A DNA stretch of 61,992 nt, the filler included, from Candidatus Desantisbacteria bacterium CG1_02_49_89 (lineage in GTDB: Bacteria > Desantisbacteria > UBA1551): the NCBI GenBank assembly GCA_001871075.1. It is 7 parts of 7 records of this genome, joined end to end, with 100 filler letters (N's around TTAATTAATTAA, not from the genome) between each part and the next. Parts side by side here need not be neighbours in the genome. Positions count along the whole stretch, not along the records: positions 12,071 to 22,975 come from MNUP01000056.1; positions 23,076 to 32,885 come from MNUP01000081.1; 5 more parts are not named here. One strand, written 5' to 3'. How positions within the stretch are numbered: the first letter of the stretch is position 1; each line of letters starts with the position of its first letter. Below are positions 18,224 to 27,702 of the stretch, piece by piece. The position numbers were made by a program, and so were the translations under genes. The notes beneath the pieces were generated by a model. The model ran no database searches, was not told where the DNA came from, and saw only the letters and a program-made list of their open reading frames with translations.

Positions 18224-21200
18224 ATGAAGAAAATAATTTTATCGGCAGTACTGGTTTTGCTATTGCCCATTATGGCATTAGGAGGGGAAGTGGTGACCAA
18301 CGGCAAGGTAAGCGTGCAGTCTGTTGACGGCAAGAAGGGGATTGCCGGGTTTGACATTTTCGTGGACGGGAAACTCCTGTGCCCTGTGCGGCTCAGCTCC
18401 CAGGAAGGCATTGTTGCGAAGAACGTCAAAAAGGATGGCAGCATCCTGGTTTTTTCAGACCTGTCAGGCCAGGGTGTGACTTTCGGGAAAGGTTCGTTTG
18501 TCAAGGTTGAGGTGAAAGCGAACCATCCTTATCCGGAGATCTCATTCCGGCTGGAACTTGACAAGTTCGACGAAGGCGCGTGGGGTTCTGTTTTTGGGAA
18601 TTCACCGTTTCACTTTCTAATAATGAAACAGGAGAACGCGGAGGCTTTGCACCACCGCGGCTGGCTTGTCGCGACCCCGGTGCTTGACCCATATCCTTTA
18701 AAGGTCGGAAGGCAGGGGATAGTGTGTTCAAAATGGTCCCGCGAATGGATGTGGGCCCCGCCTTTCGGCGCCTGCCCGATCCCGGTTGCCGCGTTATGGA
18801 GCCCGAAAGAAAAGAAATACGTCGGCCTTGATTTTACTCACGCACGCCTTACAGACCACTCTGACAAATATATCGCGTCTTCATACTGCTGGACGTCCGG
18901 CCCGGACAAGAATTTCGTGACGCTGGTCTACCCGCACGCGAAGGGATACGTGAACGCGGTAAGGTACCCGAATAACGGGGATATGATCGCGTCGCACTGC
19001 GAGCTTATTTATAACCTTGAACTTCCTTACTGGAAAGACCCAAATACATTTTATTTTGATTACATCTGGTCCAGGTATAAGGACCTGCTTCCCGCGGGTC
19101 CTGTACTGAACGACCTTTCATACATCCCGGGCGATTCACAGATACGCGCGTTCCCTATGCCTGGCGGAGTGGGCCTGACGTATAAAGTGCCCGCGAACGA
19201 CGGCTGGGAGAGCATGTTCATGGAAGAAGGCACGATAGTCCCTGTCGGGGATGTCTGGACCCTTCCGAGCATTGATTATCTTTACCTTATGGCAGGCGGT
19301 AAAACCGATAACGCCCAGATCACGGGTATCAAGAACCAGCTTTCATATATGGAAAGCAAGGCAAAAAAGTTCAAGGTTGAGGGAGATGACTGCGTTTTCT
19401 GGGAAAAGCCGCTGGAAGGCCCGCCGAAAATAAAATACGCTGGCGACGTGACAACCCTGCGCGAGGTCCATGGCTGGTCAACAGCCCAGACATTCCTGGA
19501 CGTTTACAGAAATGAGAAAAACTCGATGTCCGAGGAACAGAAGAAGGCTTACCTGGAGATAATCGACGGGGCATTGAACTGGACGAAATACAATATCTGC
19601 ACCCGCAACGACATCTCTGATGTGCCTGAGGCGATGTTCCTGATAGGGCAGCCCGGAGTTTCGTTCTGCCTCAGTTATTATTACACGTTCCGCGACACGC
19701 CTGAACGGAAGAAGAACGCGGAGCTCGCGTATGAAATGGCGCGCAGCCTTATGCTGCGCTACCTTACGATATTTATCGCTGACACGGACGAGGAGGATAA
19801 TATTGAGGGCACTTTCCTTATAGAGCCTAATTCAGGCCAGCCCTGGACAGGCGCTGCGTGCGCGAATGAGTGCTGCCTGATACCAACCGAAATGATAGAC
19901 GTGTACGTGGCAACCGGGGATCCGCTCCTAAAATACTTCGTCCAGGGAATGCTTGAAAGGTGGTCATTGATGTACCAGCCCATCCTTTACCCGTCAATTA
20001 AAAAGTCAAAAGGCAAATTTACCGAGTGCTACGGATTGTTCGATGACTGCGCTATCGGCGGCAGGGGCAAAAGGGCGCTTTACGGCAGTTTCAGCAGCTA
20101 TAACCAGGTGGCTTATCCTCCCGGAGCGGCAAAAGCAAGGATAGTGTGCGGCGAGAAAGCCGCGATCGTTTTCAACAAGGACGGAGTTCACACGGATATT
20201 TCCGAGTACCGCTCGGCGAAGAACGGGGAGAATTTTTCCTTCAGGGTGAATTCTACCCTGAAGGAGCCGTTTGAAATAGCGGTTTCATACCAGTGGCCCT
20301 ATCCCAACCTTATGGAGAAAGATATTTTCATTAAAAGGAAGGGCGAGATAAAAAAGCTGAGCCTGGAAGGGGATAACCCGGATTACAAGAAACCAGCAAA
20401 GCGTTCTTTCTGGTGCCTGCAGATCTTTAAGGTTCAGGACGGGGACGTGATCGCTGTGGGAAAATTAGACGAAAAACTTCCTGTGCTGAAAAGCGAATCA
20501 ATAAAGACCCTGACCCTCAATCCGAAAAATTATGAAAACGAAGGATTTAAGATCATAGATCTGGCCAAAACCTGCAATGAGGCACCGAGCCTGAACTGGG
20601 ATGACAACGCCTCCTACGCCCCGTATTTCCCCGGTGAACACTACTGCTTCAAGGTTCCGTATTACCTGGTTCCCGCTGCGCTTAATAACGGGAAGATATG
20701 CGTCTCAAGCGGCGAAATACCAGTTAACCTTTCCGTCCCGTACCTCTGTTTCTTTATAAGCGAGGTTAAGGACAGTTCAAAACTCACAATAAATTATGAT
20801 GACGGCAGCAAAGAACCGGTTTCGTTCAAGGGAAGCTATCTCGCCTGGCAGGGATGGCCTTCGCTTTTCCAGTGCAGGACAGATATGGTGGCGCATAAAT
20901 GTGGCGCAAAGGCAGTGAAATCAGTAACCGTTGAGAATATGTGGGTATGGGCGGTTACTGTAGCAACACCCGCAAGCGGCGCTGCGAAAGTGGAATGGGC
21001 TTTACAGAAGATCTCCGGGATCCAGAAAGCCGAAGCTGAAGAAAAAGAAAGAGATAGGAAGCGGCAGGAAAGCCTGAAAACCGGGTTTGCCCTGTGCCTG
21101 AAATCGGATTATGCCGAAGCAAAGTCCTATGAGTTCACCTATATGGTCGTGACTGACGAGGAACAGGAAATACCTGCGAATTCCTTCCTTGAATATGACA

Positions 21201-21604
21201 TCCATATTTCCAAGGATAGCTCAGGCATAAACGGAGGGTGCGAGCTCACAGGCGGGACTGTCGGGAATATAAGGGACAAGGTAGGCGGCACGCATCCGGG
21301 CCAGAAGATAGACGAAAGCAAAAAAGGCCAGTGGGTGCACAGGAAGAACGACCTGACAGACGTGGCAGGCCAGACGTTCCAATATACCACGATCGCGGTG
21401 GACGGCAACGATCACAAGGCAGGCACGTACATCGCTTATTATAAGAACATCTATATTACTGACGGAAAGGACAAGATATTTTTAAAGCTCTACAACAACG
21501 AGAATGCCATTCCATGCGGGGAAGCAAGTGTCGCGCCCAACGGCGGTGTGAAGGAAATGACCAATTTTGCAGTTGAAGTTGTCCCGGCCGCCAACGTTAA
21601 ATAA
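18224..21604 (+). CDS. Large secreted protein of unknown function (possibly carbohydrate-active)
   Basis: 1126-aa ORF with SD and signal peptide; aromatic-rich; no motif recognised with certainty. Confidence 0.7.
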   Translation: MKKIILSAVLVLLLPIMALGGEVVTNGKVSVQSVDGKKGIAGFDIFVDGKLLCPVRLSSQEGIVAKNVKKDGSILVFSDLSGQGVTFGKGSFVKVEVKANHPYPEISFRLELDKFDEGAWGSVFGNSPFHFLIMKQENAEALHHRGWLVATPVLDPYPLKVGRQGIVCSKWSREWMWAPPFGACPIPVAALWSPKEKKYVGLDFTHARLTDHSDKYIASSYCWTSGPDKNFVTLVYPHAKGYVNAVRYPNNGDMIASHCELIYNLELPYWKDPNTFYFDYIWSRYKDLLPAGPVLNDLSYIPGDSQIRAFPMPGGVGLTYKVPANDGWESMFMEEGTIVPVGDVWTLPSIDYLYLMAGGKTDNAQITGIKNQLSYMESKAKKFKVEGDDCVFWEKPLEGPPKIKYAGDVTTLREVHGWSTAQTFLDVYRNEKNSMSEEQKKAYLEIIDGALNWTKYNICTRNDISDVPEAMFLIGQPGVSFCLSYYYTFRDTPERKKNAELAYEMARSLMLRYLTIFIADTDEEDNIEGTFLIEPNSGQPWTGAACANECCLIPTEMIDVYVATGDPLLKYFVQGMLERWSLMYQPILYPSIKKSKGKFTECYGLFDDCAIGGRGKRALYGSFSSYNQVAYPPGAAKARIVCGEKAAIVFNKDGVHTDISEYRSAKNGENFSFRVNSTLKEPFEIAVSYQWPYPNLMEKDIFIKRKGEIKKLSLEGDNPDYKKPAKRSFWCLQIFKVQDGDVIAVGKLDEKLPVLKSESIKTLTLNPKNYENEGFKIIDLAKTCNEAPSLNWDDNASYAPYFPGEHYCFKVPYYLVPAALNNGKICVSSGEIPVNLSVPYLCFFISEVKDSSKLTINYDDGSKEPVSFKGSYLAWQGWPSLFQCRTDMVAHKCGAKAVKSVTVENMWVWAVTVATPASGAAKVEWALQKISGIQKAEAEEKERDRKRQESLKTGFALCLKSDYAEAKSYEFTYMVVTDEEQEIPANSFLEYDIHISKDSSGINGGCELTGGTVGNIRDKVGGTHPGQKIDESKKGQWVHRKNDLTDVAGQTFQYTTIAVDGNDHKAGTYIAYYKNIYITDGKDKIFLKLYNNENAIPCGEASVAPNGGVKEMTNFAVEVVPAANVK

Positions 21605-21647
21605 CGTTCATCGTGCATCGTTCATCGTACGTCGTAACATCGTATTT

Positions 21648-22018
21648 GTAGCGGTCGGATTCATCCGACAGCTTGCAATTTGTAACTCAGGGCTTCAGCC
21701 CTGATGATGTTAGGATTCAATTCATTGAGCCCGAGTGTTTCGCCCGCCCCTTTGGGGCGAGGTCTCGCCCCGATGTGATATCGGGGCGGATAGGGCAAAC
21801 CTTTCCGAAGGTCCGCCAATTTTGTTGGGCGGAAGGCTTGCGAGCCTGCCCTGCTTTGCCCGCCTTTGTCCGCCAATTTTCTAAGGAGGAAATCTTTAAG
21901 GTGGGAACCTGCTGTGTCCGCCAAGTTTGTTAGGTGGAAGCGGAGCGAATGGTTTAGGGTAGCGGTCGCATTTATGCGACAATTCCCACTTTGGAAAAGG
22001 GGGATTAAGGGGGATTTT
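21648..22018 (+). repeat. Mosaic REP/micro-element cluster
   Basis: Several GTAG/GTAA palindromes, a twin-hairpin element, CCGCCAA...GG(C/A/T)GG inserts and a terminal CCC/GGG hairpin. Confidence 0.8.
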
Positions 22019-22046
22019 AACCCATGCATGCAAAAAATAACATTTA

Positions 22047-22097
22047 CAAGCTAAAATTAACTTTTAGCTTGACAAATCAAAATAAATCTTGTATAAT
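22047..22097 (+). promoter_or_regulatory. Sigma70 promoter and operator of the TA operon
   Basis: TTGACA(22069)-17 bp-TATAAT(22092). Inverted repeat CAAGCTAAAA-N5-TTTTAGCTTG (22047-22071) overlaps the -35 box. Confidence 0.8.
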
Positions 22098-22117
22098 ATA
22101 GTATGGAGGTGATTGAT

Positions 22118-22366
22118 ATGCAGACTACTGTGACGGTTCGCGGACAGACGGCGGTTCCCGCAGAGATCCGCCGTAAACACCATATAAAAGAGCGTATGAA
22201 GCTTGAGTGGATAGATGACGGAAAGGTCATCACGGTTATCCCTGTGTCAGAGAACCCGGTTCAATACGCGCGCGGAATGCTGAAGGGAGCGGGATTGACG
22301 AAATCGCTGTTGAAAGCAAGAGCCGAAGAAAGGAAATTAGAGGAAAGGCGGGATGGCAGAAAATAA
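22118..22366 (+). CDS. AbrB/MazE-family antitoxin
   Basis: TTVTVRGQTAVPAEIRRK; SD GGAGGTGA. Confidence 0.88.
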   Translation: MQTTVTVRGQTAVPAEIRRKHHIKERMKLEWIDDGKVITVIPVSENPVQYARGMLKGAGLTKSLLKARAEERKLEERRDGRK

Positions 22367-22775
22367 CGGCAGTTCCTATGTTCTTGACACTTCGGCGATA
22401 CTTGCTTTTCTTGAAGACGAGCCAGGAGCGGATGTTGTGGAACGGCTTCTGAAACAGGCGGGTTCAAGAAAATTCAGGGTCTTCGCTTCATTTATGAGTT
22501 TTATGGAATGTTTTTATCATGTGTATATGGAACAGGGCGAGGAGTCAGCAAAAAAGGTCTATATGAACCTGAAAACCCTGCCCATTCACAGAGTTGACGC
22601 GGACGAAGAGCTTATCCTCATCGCTGGAAGCATAAAGGCGAATTTCCGCCTGTCTGTGGCTGATTCCTGGATTATCGCCACCGCAAAAAAGAAAAACGCC
22701 AAACTTGTCCACAAGGACCCCGAATTCGAACAGGTCGGCAAGGAAGTCATTCTCCTGTCTCTTCCTTATAAGTAG
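22353..22775 (+). CDS. VapC-like PIN-domain toxin
   Basis: YVLDTSA, E, LSVADSWIIATA, LVHKDPEF. Confidence 0.9.
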   Translation: MAENNGSSYVLDTSAILAFLEDEPGADVVERLLKQAGSRKFRVFASFMSFMECFYHVYMEQGEESAKKVYMNLKTLPIHRVDADEELILIAGSIKANFRLSVADSWIIATAKKKNAKLVHKDPEFEQVGKEVILLSLPYK

Positions 22776-23075
22776 GGGCGGGCTTGCCCGCCCTTTGTCA
22801 TTGCGAGTTCCCGTTTGTCGGGACGAAGCAATCTCAATTTCCATTGAAAAATAAGAACCTTCGTTTCACTCAGAACCTTGTTTTTCGTTGGTGAAGTCGT
22901 GGGAATGTCAAAATAAGGAAAATAAAAAATAGGGGCTGTCCCTATTTTGTCACTCGCCCCTTAAGGGAGAGGTCCNNNNNNNNNNNNNNNNNNNNNNNNN
23001 NNNNNNNNNNNNNNNNNNNTTAATTAATTAANNNNNNNNNNNNNNNNNNNNNNNNNNNNNNNNNNNNNNNNNNNN

Positions 23076-24383
23076 TGGGATGAAGGACCCGAGAAAGGCG
23101 GAAGCTTCGGCCCGTACTTCCAGTCCCAGCGCCTTGACAGATATAAGAAGGCGCTCGATGCCCTGAAACAAAAAGGACTTGTTTACGGCTGTTACTGCTC
23201 TCCGGAAGAGCTTGAGGAAAGGCGCAAGGCCGCGATGGCAAAGCACCAGGTCCCGGGTTATGACGGAAGGTGCGGGAAACTGACGGATGACGAGAGGAAG
23301 AAGTTCGAAAAGGAAGGCAGGACGCCCGTATTAAGGTTCAGGGTCCCGGATTCAGGAGAAACAAGATTCCTCGATCTTGTAAGGGGATACGAAGTCTCTT
23401 TTGAGAATAAGCTCCTGTGTGATTTCGTGATCTTCAAGTCCGACGGGATGCCCACTTTCCTTTTTTCAAATTCGGTAGATGACGCGGACATGGGGATCAC
23501 CCATGTGATCAGGGGGGACGACCATATTTCCAACACGCCGCGCCAGCTCCTTATATCCCGCGCCCTTCAGGCCGCGGACCCTGTTTACGCGCACGTCCCT
23601 TTGATATTCGGAAAATCGGGTTCCCCGCTGAGCAAGAGGGATGGCGCGGTCTCGGTTGACTGGTACAGAGAAAACGGCTTTTTGCCCCAGGCGCTTGTCA
23701 ACTACCTGGTGCTGCTGGGCTGGGCGCCTGACGGGGTGCGCCAGGTGCTTACGGCTGAGGAAATGATAAAGGAATTCAACGGGGAGCGCGTATCAAAGAA
23801 CCCCGCGATATTTGACATAGAGAAGCTGACCTGGATGAACGGCGAATATCTGAAGAACCTTGACCTTGACAAAAAAACAGATTTAGTCATAGATTATCTC
23901 GTTTCAAAGGGTTTCGTAGGGCAAGCCTTTTCGAAGACCCGCCAAGGTATTAATGGAGGGAGCCTTGCAGAAAAAAGTAGTGGCAGAGCTTGCTCTGCAG
24001 AAGAACGAAGCAAGATCAAGGAGATCGTAAACATTATCGGGGACAGATTTAAAACTATCCCGGACATAGAAACATACGGTTCGTTCTTTTTCACCGACGA
24101 CATAAAATACGACGATAATGAATTATCGCTGAAACTCGGGAATGAGAGCGTGCGAAAAGGCCTTGCGGCATTGAAAGAAAAATTTGCCGCGGGTTCTTTT
24201 GACCACCAGAGCATAGAACAGGAAGTGCGCGGCGTTTCTGAAAGTTTGGGTTTAAAGGCAAAGGAATTAATCCATCCATTAAGGTATGTGCTTACGGGTA
24301 AGACCGTAGGTCCCAGTCTTTTTGAGGCCATGGCTCTTTTAGGCCGCGACAAGGTCATTACCCGCCTTTCCAAAGTTTTATGA
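23076..24383 (+). CDS. gltX: Glutamate--tRNA ligase (5' truncated)
   Basis: WDEGP...GPYFQSQR, VDDADMGITHVIRGDDHISNTPRQ, LSKR, anticodon-binding C-terminus. Confidence 0.95.
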   Translation, partial: WDEGPEKGGSFGPYFQSQRLDRYKKALDALKQKGLVYGCYCSPEELEERRKAAMAKHQVPGYDGRCGKLTDDERKKFEKEGRTPVLRFRVPDSGETRFLDLVRGYEVSFENKLLCDFVIFKSDGMPTFLFSNSVDDADMGITHVIRGDDHISNTPRQLLISRALQAADPVYAHVPLIFGKSGSPLSKRDGAVSVDWYRENGFLPQALVNYLVLLGWAPDGVRQVLTAEEMIKEFNGERVSKNPAIFDIEKLTWMNGEYLKNLDLDKKTDLVIDYLVSKGFVGQAFSKTRQGINGGSLAEKSSGRACSAEERSKIKEIVNIIGDRFKTIPDIETYGSFFFTDDIKYDDNELSLKLGNESVRKGLAALKEKFAAGSFDHQSIEQEVRGVSESLGLKAKELIHPLRYVLTGKTVGPSLFEAMALLGRDKVITRLSKVL

Positions 24384-24434
24384 TTTGTTTATGCGACGCG
24401 CGACGTACGACGCACGACGGACGACTGTAGTTGT

Positions 24435-24506
24435 TGGGGAGTGGCCTAACGGTAAGGCACATGCCTCTGGAGCATGGGATTGAAGGTTCGAGTCCTTCCT
24501 CCCCAG
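24435..24506 (+). tRNA. tRNA-Gln(CTG), CCA not encoded
   Basis: TGGGGAG/CTCCCCA acceptor; anticodon arm CATGC-CTCTGGA-GCATG; GGTTCGAGTCC T-arm. Confidence 0.95.
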
Positions 24507-24711
24507 ATTTTTCGCGTAGCGAAAAATCAGAGTCCCGATGTAACATCGGGACGGTCTATTTTCCATTTTCTATTTTCAGGCAGATAACTTCCAGTTTGAA
24601 ATCNNNNNNNNGGACGGTCTATTTTCCATTTTCTATTTTCAGGCAGATAACTTCCAGTTTGAAATCAACAGAGTCCCGATGTAACATCGGGACAAATAAC
24701 AGGAGGAAGAA

Positions 24712-24876
24712 ATGAACAAATATAGCATAGAAAAAGAGGTAAAAAGGGTATTGGGCACAAAATTCAAGAGTCTGAGTAAAGAAGACAAGGTCACATTAAA
24801 GAAGTATGATAAATATGACCAGAGCAAAGGTCCTGTTGTCAAAAACATAGTTCAGGAAGAATGTTGGTATAAATAA
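24712..24876 (+). CDS. Small 54-aa protein (possible antitoxin partner)
   Basis: AGGAGG SD; ORF MNKYSIEKEV...WYK abuts the start of the PIN pseudogene. Confidence 0.5.
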   Translation: MNKYSIEKEVKRVLGTKFKSLSKEDKVTLKKYDKYDQSKGPVVKNIVQEECWYK

Positions 24877-25524
24877 ATGGAAAAATATCTTCTGGATGCT
24901 TCAGTTACGGCTGATTTCTTCAGGCCCAAAAGTGCCTGGAGTACGTATTCAAGGCCATATAAGGCCTATAGAAAACTTTATTCAAAATTATTATCTGAAA
25001 CATTGAATAAAAAATCTATTATTTTCATACCTTCTTTTTGTATAGCCTAAGTTAAAAATACTTTAGCTAAATGGTACCATAGGGGCAAAATAATTTCTAA
25101 GGAGCAACTGGAAACTGGTGTAAATTTATTTTTAAATTGTGTCCAAGATCGTAAATATTTCTATTCATATGATTTAAACCGCTATCATAATATTAATAGC
25201 GACATCGTTATTCCTATTGAGCACACAACGAATACTGAATTTCAAGTTTCGGGATTACCAATTGGTGCCCCTCAAGCTGATGTTGAAAGAGCATTAAGAA
25301 CTATAGACCCACATGATTCAATTAGCAGGCATTATTTGAGCACTTTCGATATTTTAATATTATCAATGGGGATTGAATTAAAGAAAATTCATGGCACTGA
25401 GATAAATTTATTGACATGCGATAAAAGATTAATTTTAGTATGCCAGCAGAAACCAGACATATTTCCCAGACCTTTCAACTGCACTTGGTTTGAGGTTGGG
25501 AAAACCTTAAAAAAATTGCCTTAA
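24877..25524 (+). pseudogene. PIN-domain protein interrupted by one in-frame TAA (25048-25050)
   Basis: MEKYLLDASV...IPSFCIA*VK...LSTFDILIL...LLTCDKRL all in one frame. Confidence 0.75.
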
Positions 25525-25533
25525 AAAATTTCT

Positions 25534-25608
25534 GGCGCGTTAGTCTAACGGTTAGGACGCCGCCCTCTCAAGGCGGTGATACGAGTTCGACTCTCGTACG
25601 CGCTACCA
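25534..25608 (+). tRNA. tRNA-Glu(CTC)
   Basis: Anticodon arm CCGCC-CTCTCAA-GGCGG; GTTCGA T-loop; CCA end. Confidence 0.95.
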
Positions 25609-25721
25609 TAAATACAGTGAGTAGTGAGAAGTCAAAAAAGATAGTTAGACACAGATTTTTTGCTTCGCAACATTCATTGTGGGCTACGTCGATAAACGAC
25701 GAATTCCACTGATGGCCACAG

Positions 25722-26099
25722 ATGAAAGAAAAATATCTTTACTCTGAAATAACAAAAGAGATAATTGGCGGAGCATATGAAGTATTTAATAATTTAGGAT
25801 TTGGATTCCTGGAAAAGGTATATGAAAATGCGCTTGTATTGGAATTGAAGAAACGAAAATTAAATGTTAATCAGCAATTTCCGATAAACGTTTATTATAA
25901 AAATGAAATCGTGGGGGAATATATCGCTGATTTGATTATTGAGAAAAAGGTTATAGCTGAAATAAAAGCAATAAGTAAATTAGAGGAAATTCAGGAGGTA
26001 CAGCTGGTGAATTACCTGAAAGCAACCAAAATAGAGATCGGATTACTTGTTAATTTTGGAAAAAGATTGGAAATTAAAAGAAGAATATTTAACAAGTGA
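25722..26099 (+). CDS. GxxExxY protein (PD-(D/E)xK-like)
   Basis: GFGFLEKVYENAL, ADLIIEKKVIAEIKA, QLVNYLKA, GLLVNFG. Confidence 0.93.
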   Translation: MKEKYLYSEITKEIIGGAYEVFNNLGFGFLEKVYENALVLELKKRKLNVNQQFPINVYYKNEIVGEYIADLIIEKKVIAEIKAISKLEEIQEVQLVNYLKATKIEIGLLVNFGKRLEIKRRIFNK

Positions 26100-26146
26100 A
26101 TATCAGTGGAAATCTGTGTCGAAAATTTAAATAGAGGTGGTGCGAT

Positions 26147-27526
26147 ATGGAGAAAAAAGAATTTCTGAAGAGCGTAAGTTTATTTTCGGACCTGAACGAC
26201 GCGCAGCTGGAACAGGTGGCCGGCGTTGTCAAAGAAAAAACCTGTAAAATAAACGAGGTGATCTTTGAGGAGGGAACGCCGGGGGACGCCCTCTATCTGG
26301 TAACCGACGGTTCGGTCAGGATAGCGCAGAGGGTGACCAAGAAAAGGGAGGCGCTTTCTTTTTTGAGGAAGGGGGACTTCTTCGGGGAAATGGCGCTTTT
26401 CGAGGATGCCCCGCGTTCGGCCACGGTTACGGCGGTCGAGAATTCGGCTTTCCTTGTTTTTTCGAAGGATGATTTCAACGCCGTTCTGGATTCCAGCCCG
26501 GACGTCGCCGCAAGGATCCTGAGGGCAATGATAAAGATCATGTCCTCGAGGCTGCGCATAACAGACAGGCAGGTCAGGCGCAACCTTATACTCTCAAGGG
26601 GCTATATCTGGTCTTCTCCGGTGATAGTCGGGGGCACCATTTACCTGGGTTCAGACGACCATTTTGTTTACGCCCTTGATACCGGCACGGGCCGCCTTAA
26701 CTGGAAAGTCGAAACCGGCAATGACGTATGCTCAACGGTATGCTACGCCAACGATATGGCTTACGTCGGTTCGGATGACCATCACATGTACGCGCTTGAT
26801 TCGAAAAGCGGGCTCATACTGTGGAAGTTTCCCACAGAAGGAAGGGTCCGTTCATCGCCATGGGTGAAGGGCAACTCAGTGTTTTTCGGTTCAGAGGACA
26901 GGAATATCTACGCGGTTGACGTGTCAGGCAAGCTTGTGTGGAAATACGAGACAGGCGATAAAGTGCTTTCCTCGCCGATAGTGAGCACTCATTACCTTTA
27001 TATAGGTTCAACCGACCATCACATCTACGCACTCGACATCACCAACGGGGTCCTGATATGGAAGTTTTCAACCGGCGGGGATATACTTTCATCCCCGACG
27101 ATCGGGGGAGAAACAATATACATAGGTTCGGATGACAGCAGCCTGTACGCGCTGGACGCGGCAGGCGGCGGCCTGAGGTGGAAGTTCAAGACCGACGACA
27201 AGATCACGGCGACGCCCGCTTATGCCAAGGGGAAAGTTTATGTCGGTTCGCACGACCATTTCATATATGCCCTCAACGGGGAGAACGGGAACCTGCTATG
27301 GAGGTACGAGACCGGGGACAGCATAACGACCTCGGCCACCGTGATAAGCGACAAGGTCTTTTTCGGTTCTTTTGACGGAAGCGTTTACGTGCTGAGCGCC
27401 GCGAAAGGGGAGCTTATCAAGAAATACCAGACCGAGGATTTTGTTTCAACGACACCCGCGATATTCGGCGGCCAGATATATGTCATTTCGTTTGATCACA
27501 ACATGTATGTGTTCGAAGTCCCTTAA
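26147..27526 (+). CDS. Cyclic-nucleotide-binding domain + PQQ-like beta-propeller protein
   Basis: GDFFGEMALF...PRSATV followed by ~8 repeats of SSP..YxGSDD..YALD..G..W. Confidence 0.88.
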   Translation: MEKKEFLKSVSLFSDLNDAQLEQVAGVVKEKTCKINEVIFEEGTPGDALYLVTDGSVRIAQRVTKKREALSFLRKGDFFGEMALFEDAPRSATVTAVENSAFLVFSKDDFNAVLDSSPDVAARILRAMIKIMSSRLRITDRQVRRNLILSRGYIWSSPVIVGGTIYLGSDDHFVYALDTGTGRLNWKVETGNDVCSTVCYANDMAYVGSDDHHMYALDSKSGLILWKFPTEGRVRSSPWVKGNSVFFGSEDRNIYAVDVSGKLVWKYETGDKVLSSPIVSTHYLYIGSTDHHIYALDITNGVLIWKFSTGGDILSSPTIGGETIYIGSDDSSLYALDAAGGGLRWKFKTDDKITATPAYAKGKVYVGSHDHFIYALNGENGNLLWRYETGDSITTSATVISDKVFFGSFDGSVYVLSAAKGELIKKYQTEDFVSTTPAIFGGQIYVISFDHNMYVFEVP

Positions 27527-27702
27527 AAAGATGATTACACAGATTACGAAAAACGATTACCCCTGCCGCTTTCTCATGAAAGCAAGAGGCAGGGGTCCTT
27601 TAGGGACACAGATTAGAATGGCAGCAAGATCCCATAGGTTTTAATCGGTGTAATCTCGAAGTTGAAATCGGTGTAATCATGTTTCACATAAGAGGAGAAA
27701 GA

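Noticed and set aside
24549-24664. Tandem duplication of ~54 bp around an 8-N gap
   Set aside because: Identical sequence on both sides of a scaffold gap is most simply an overlap artefact.
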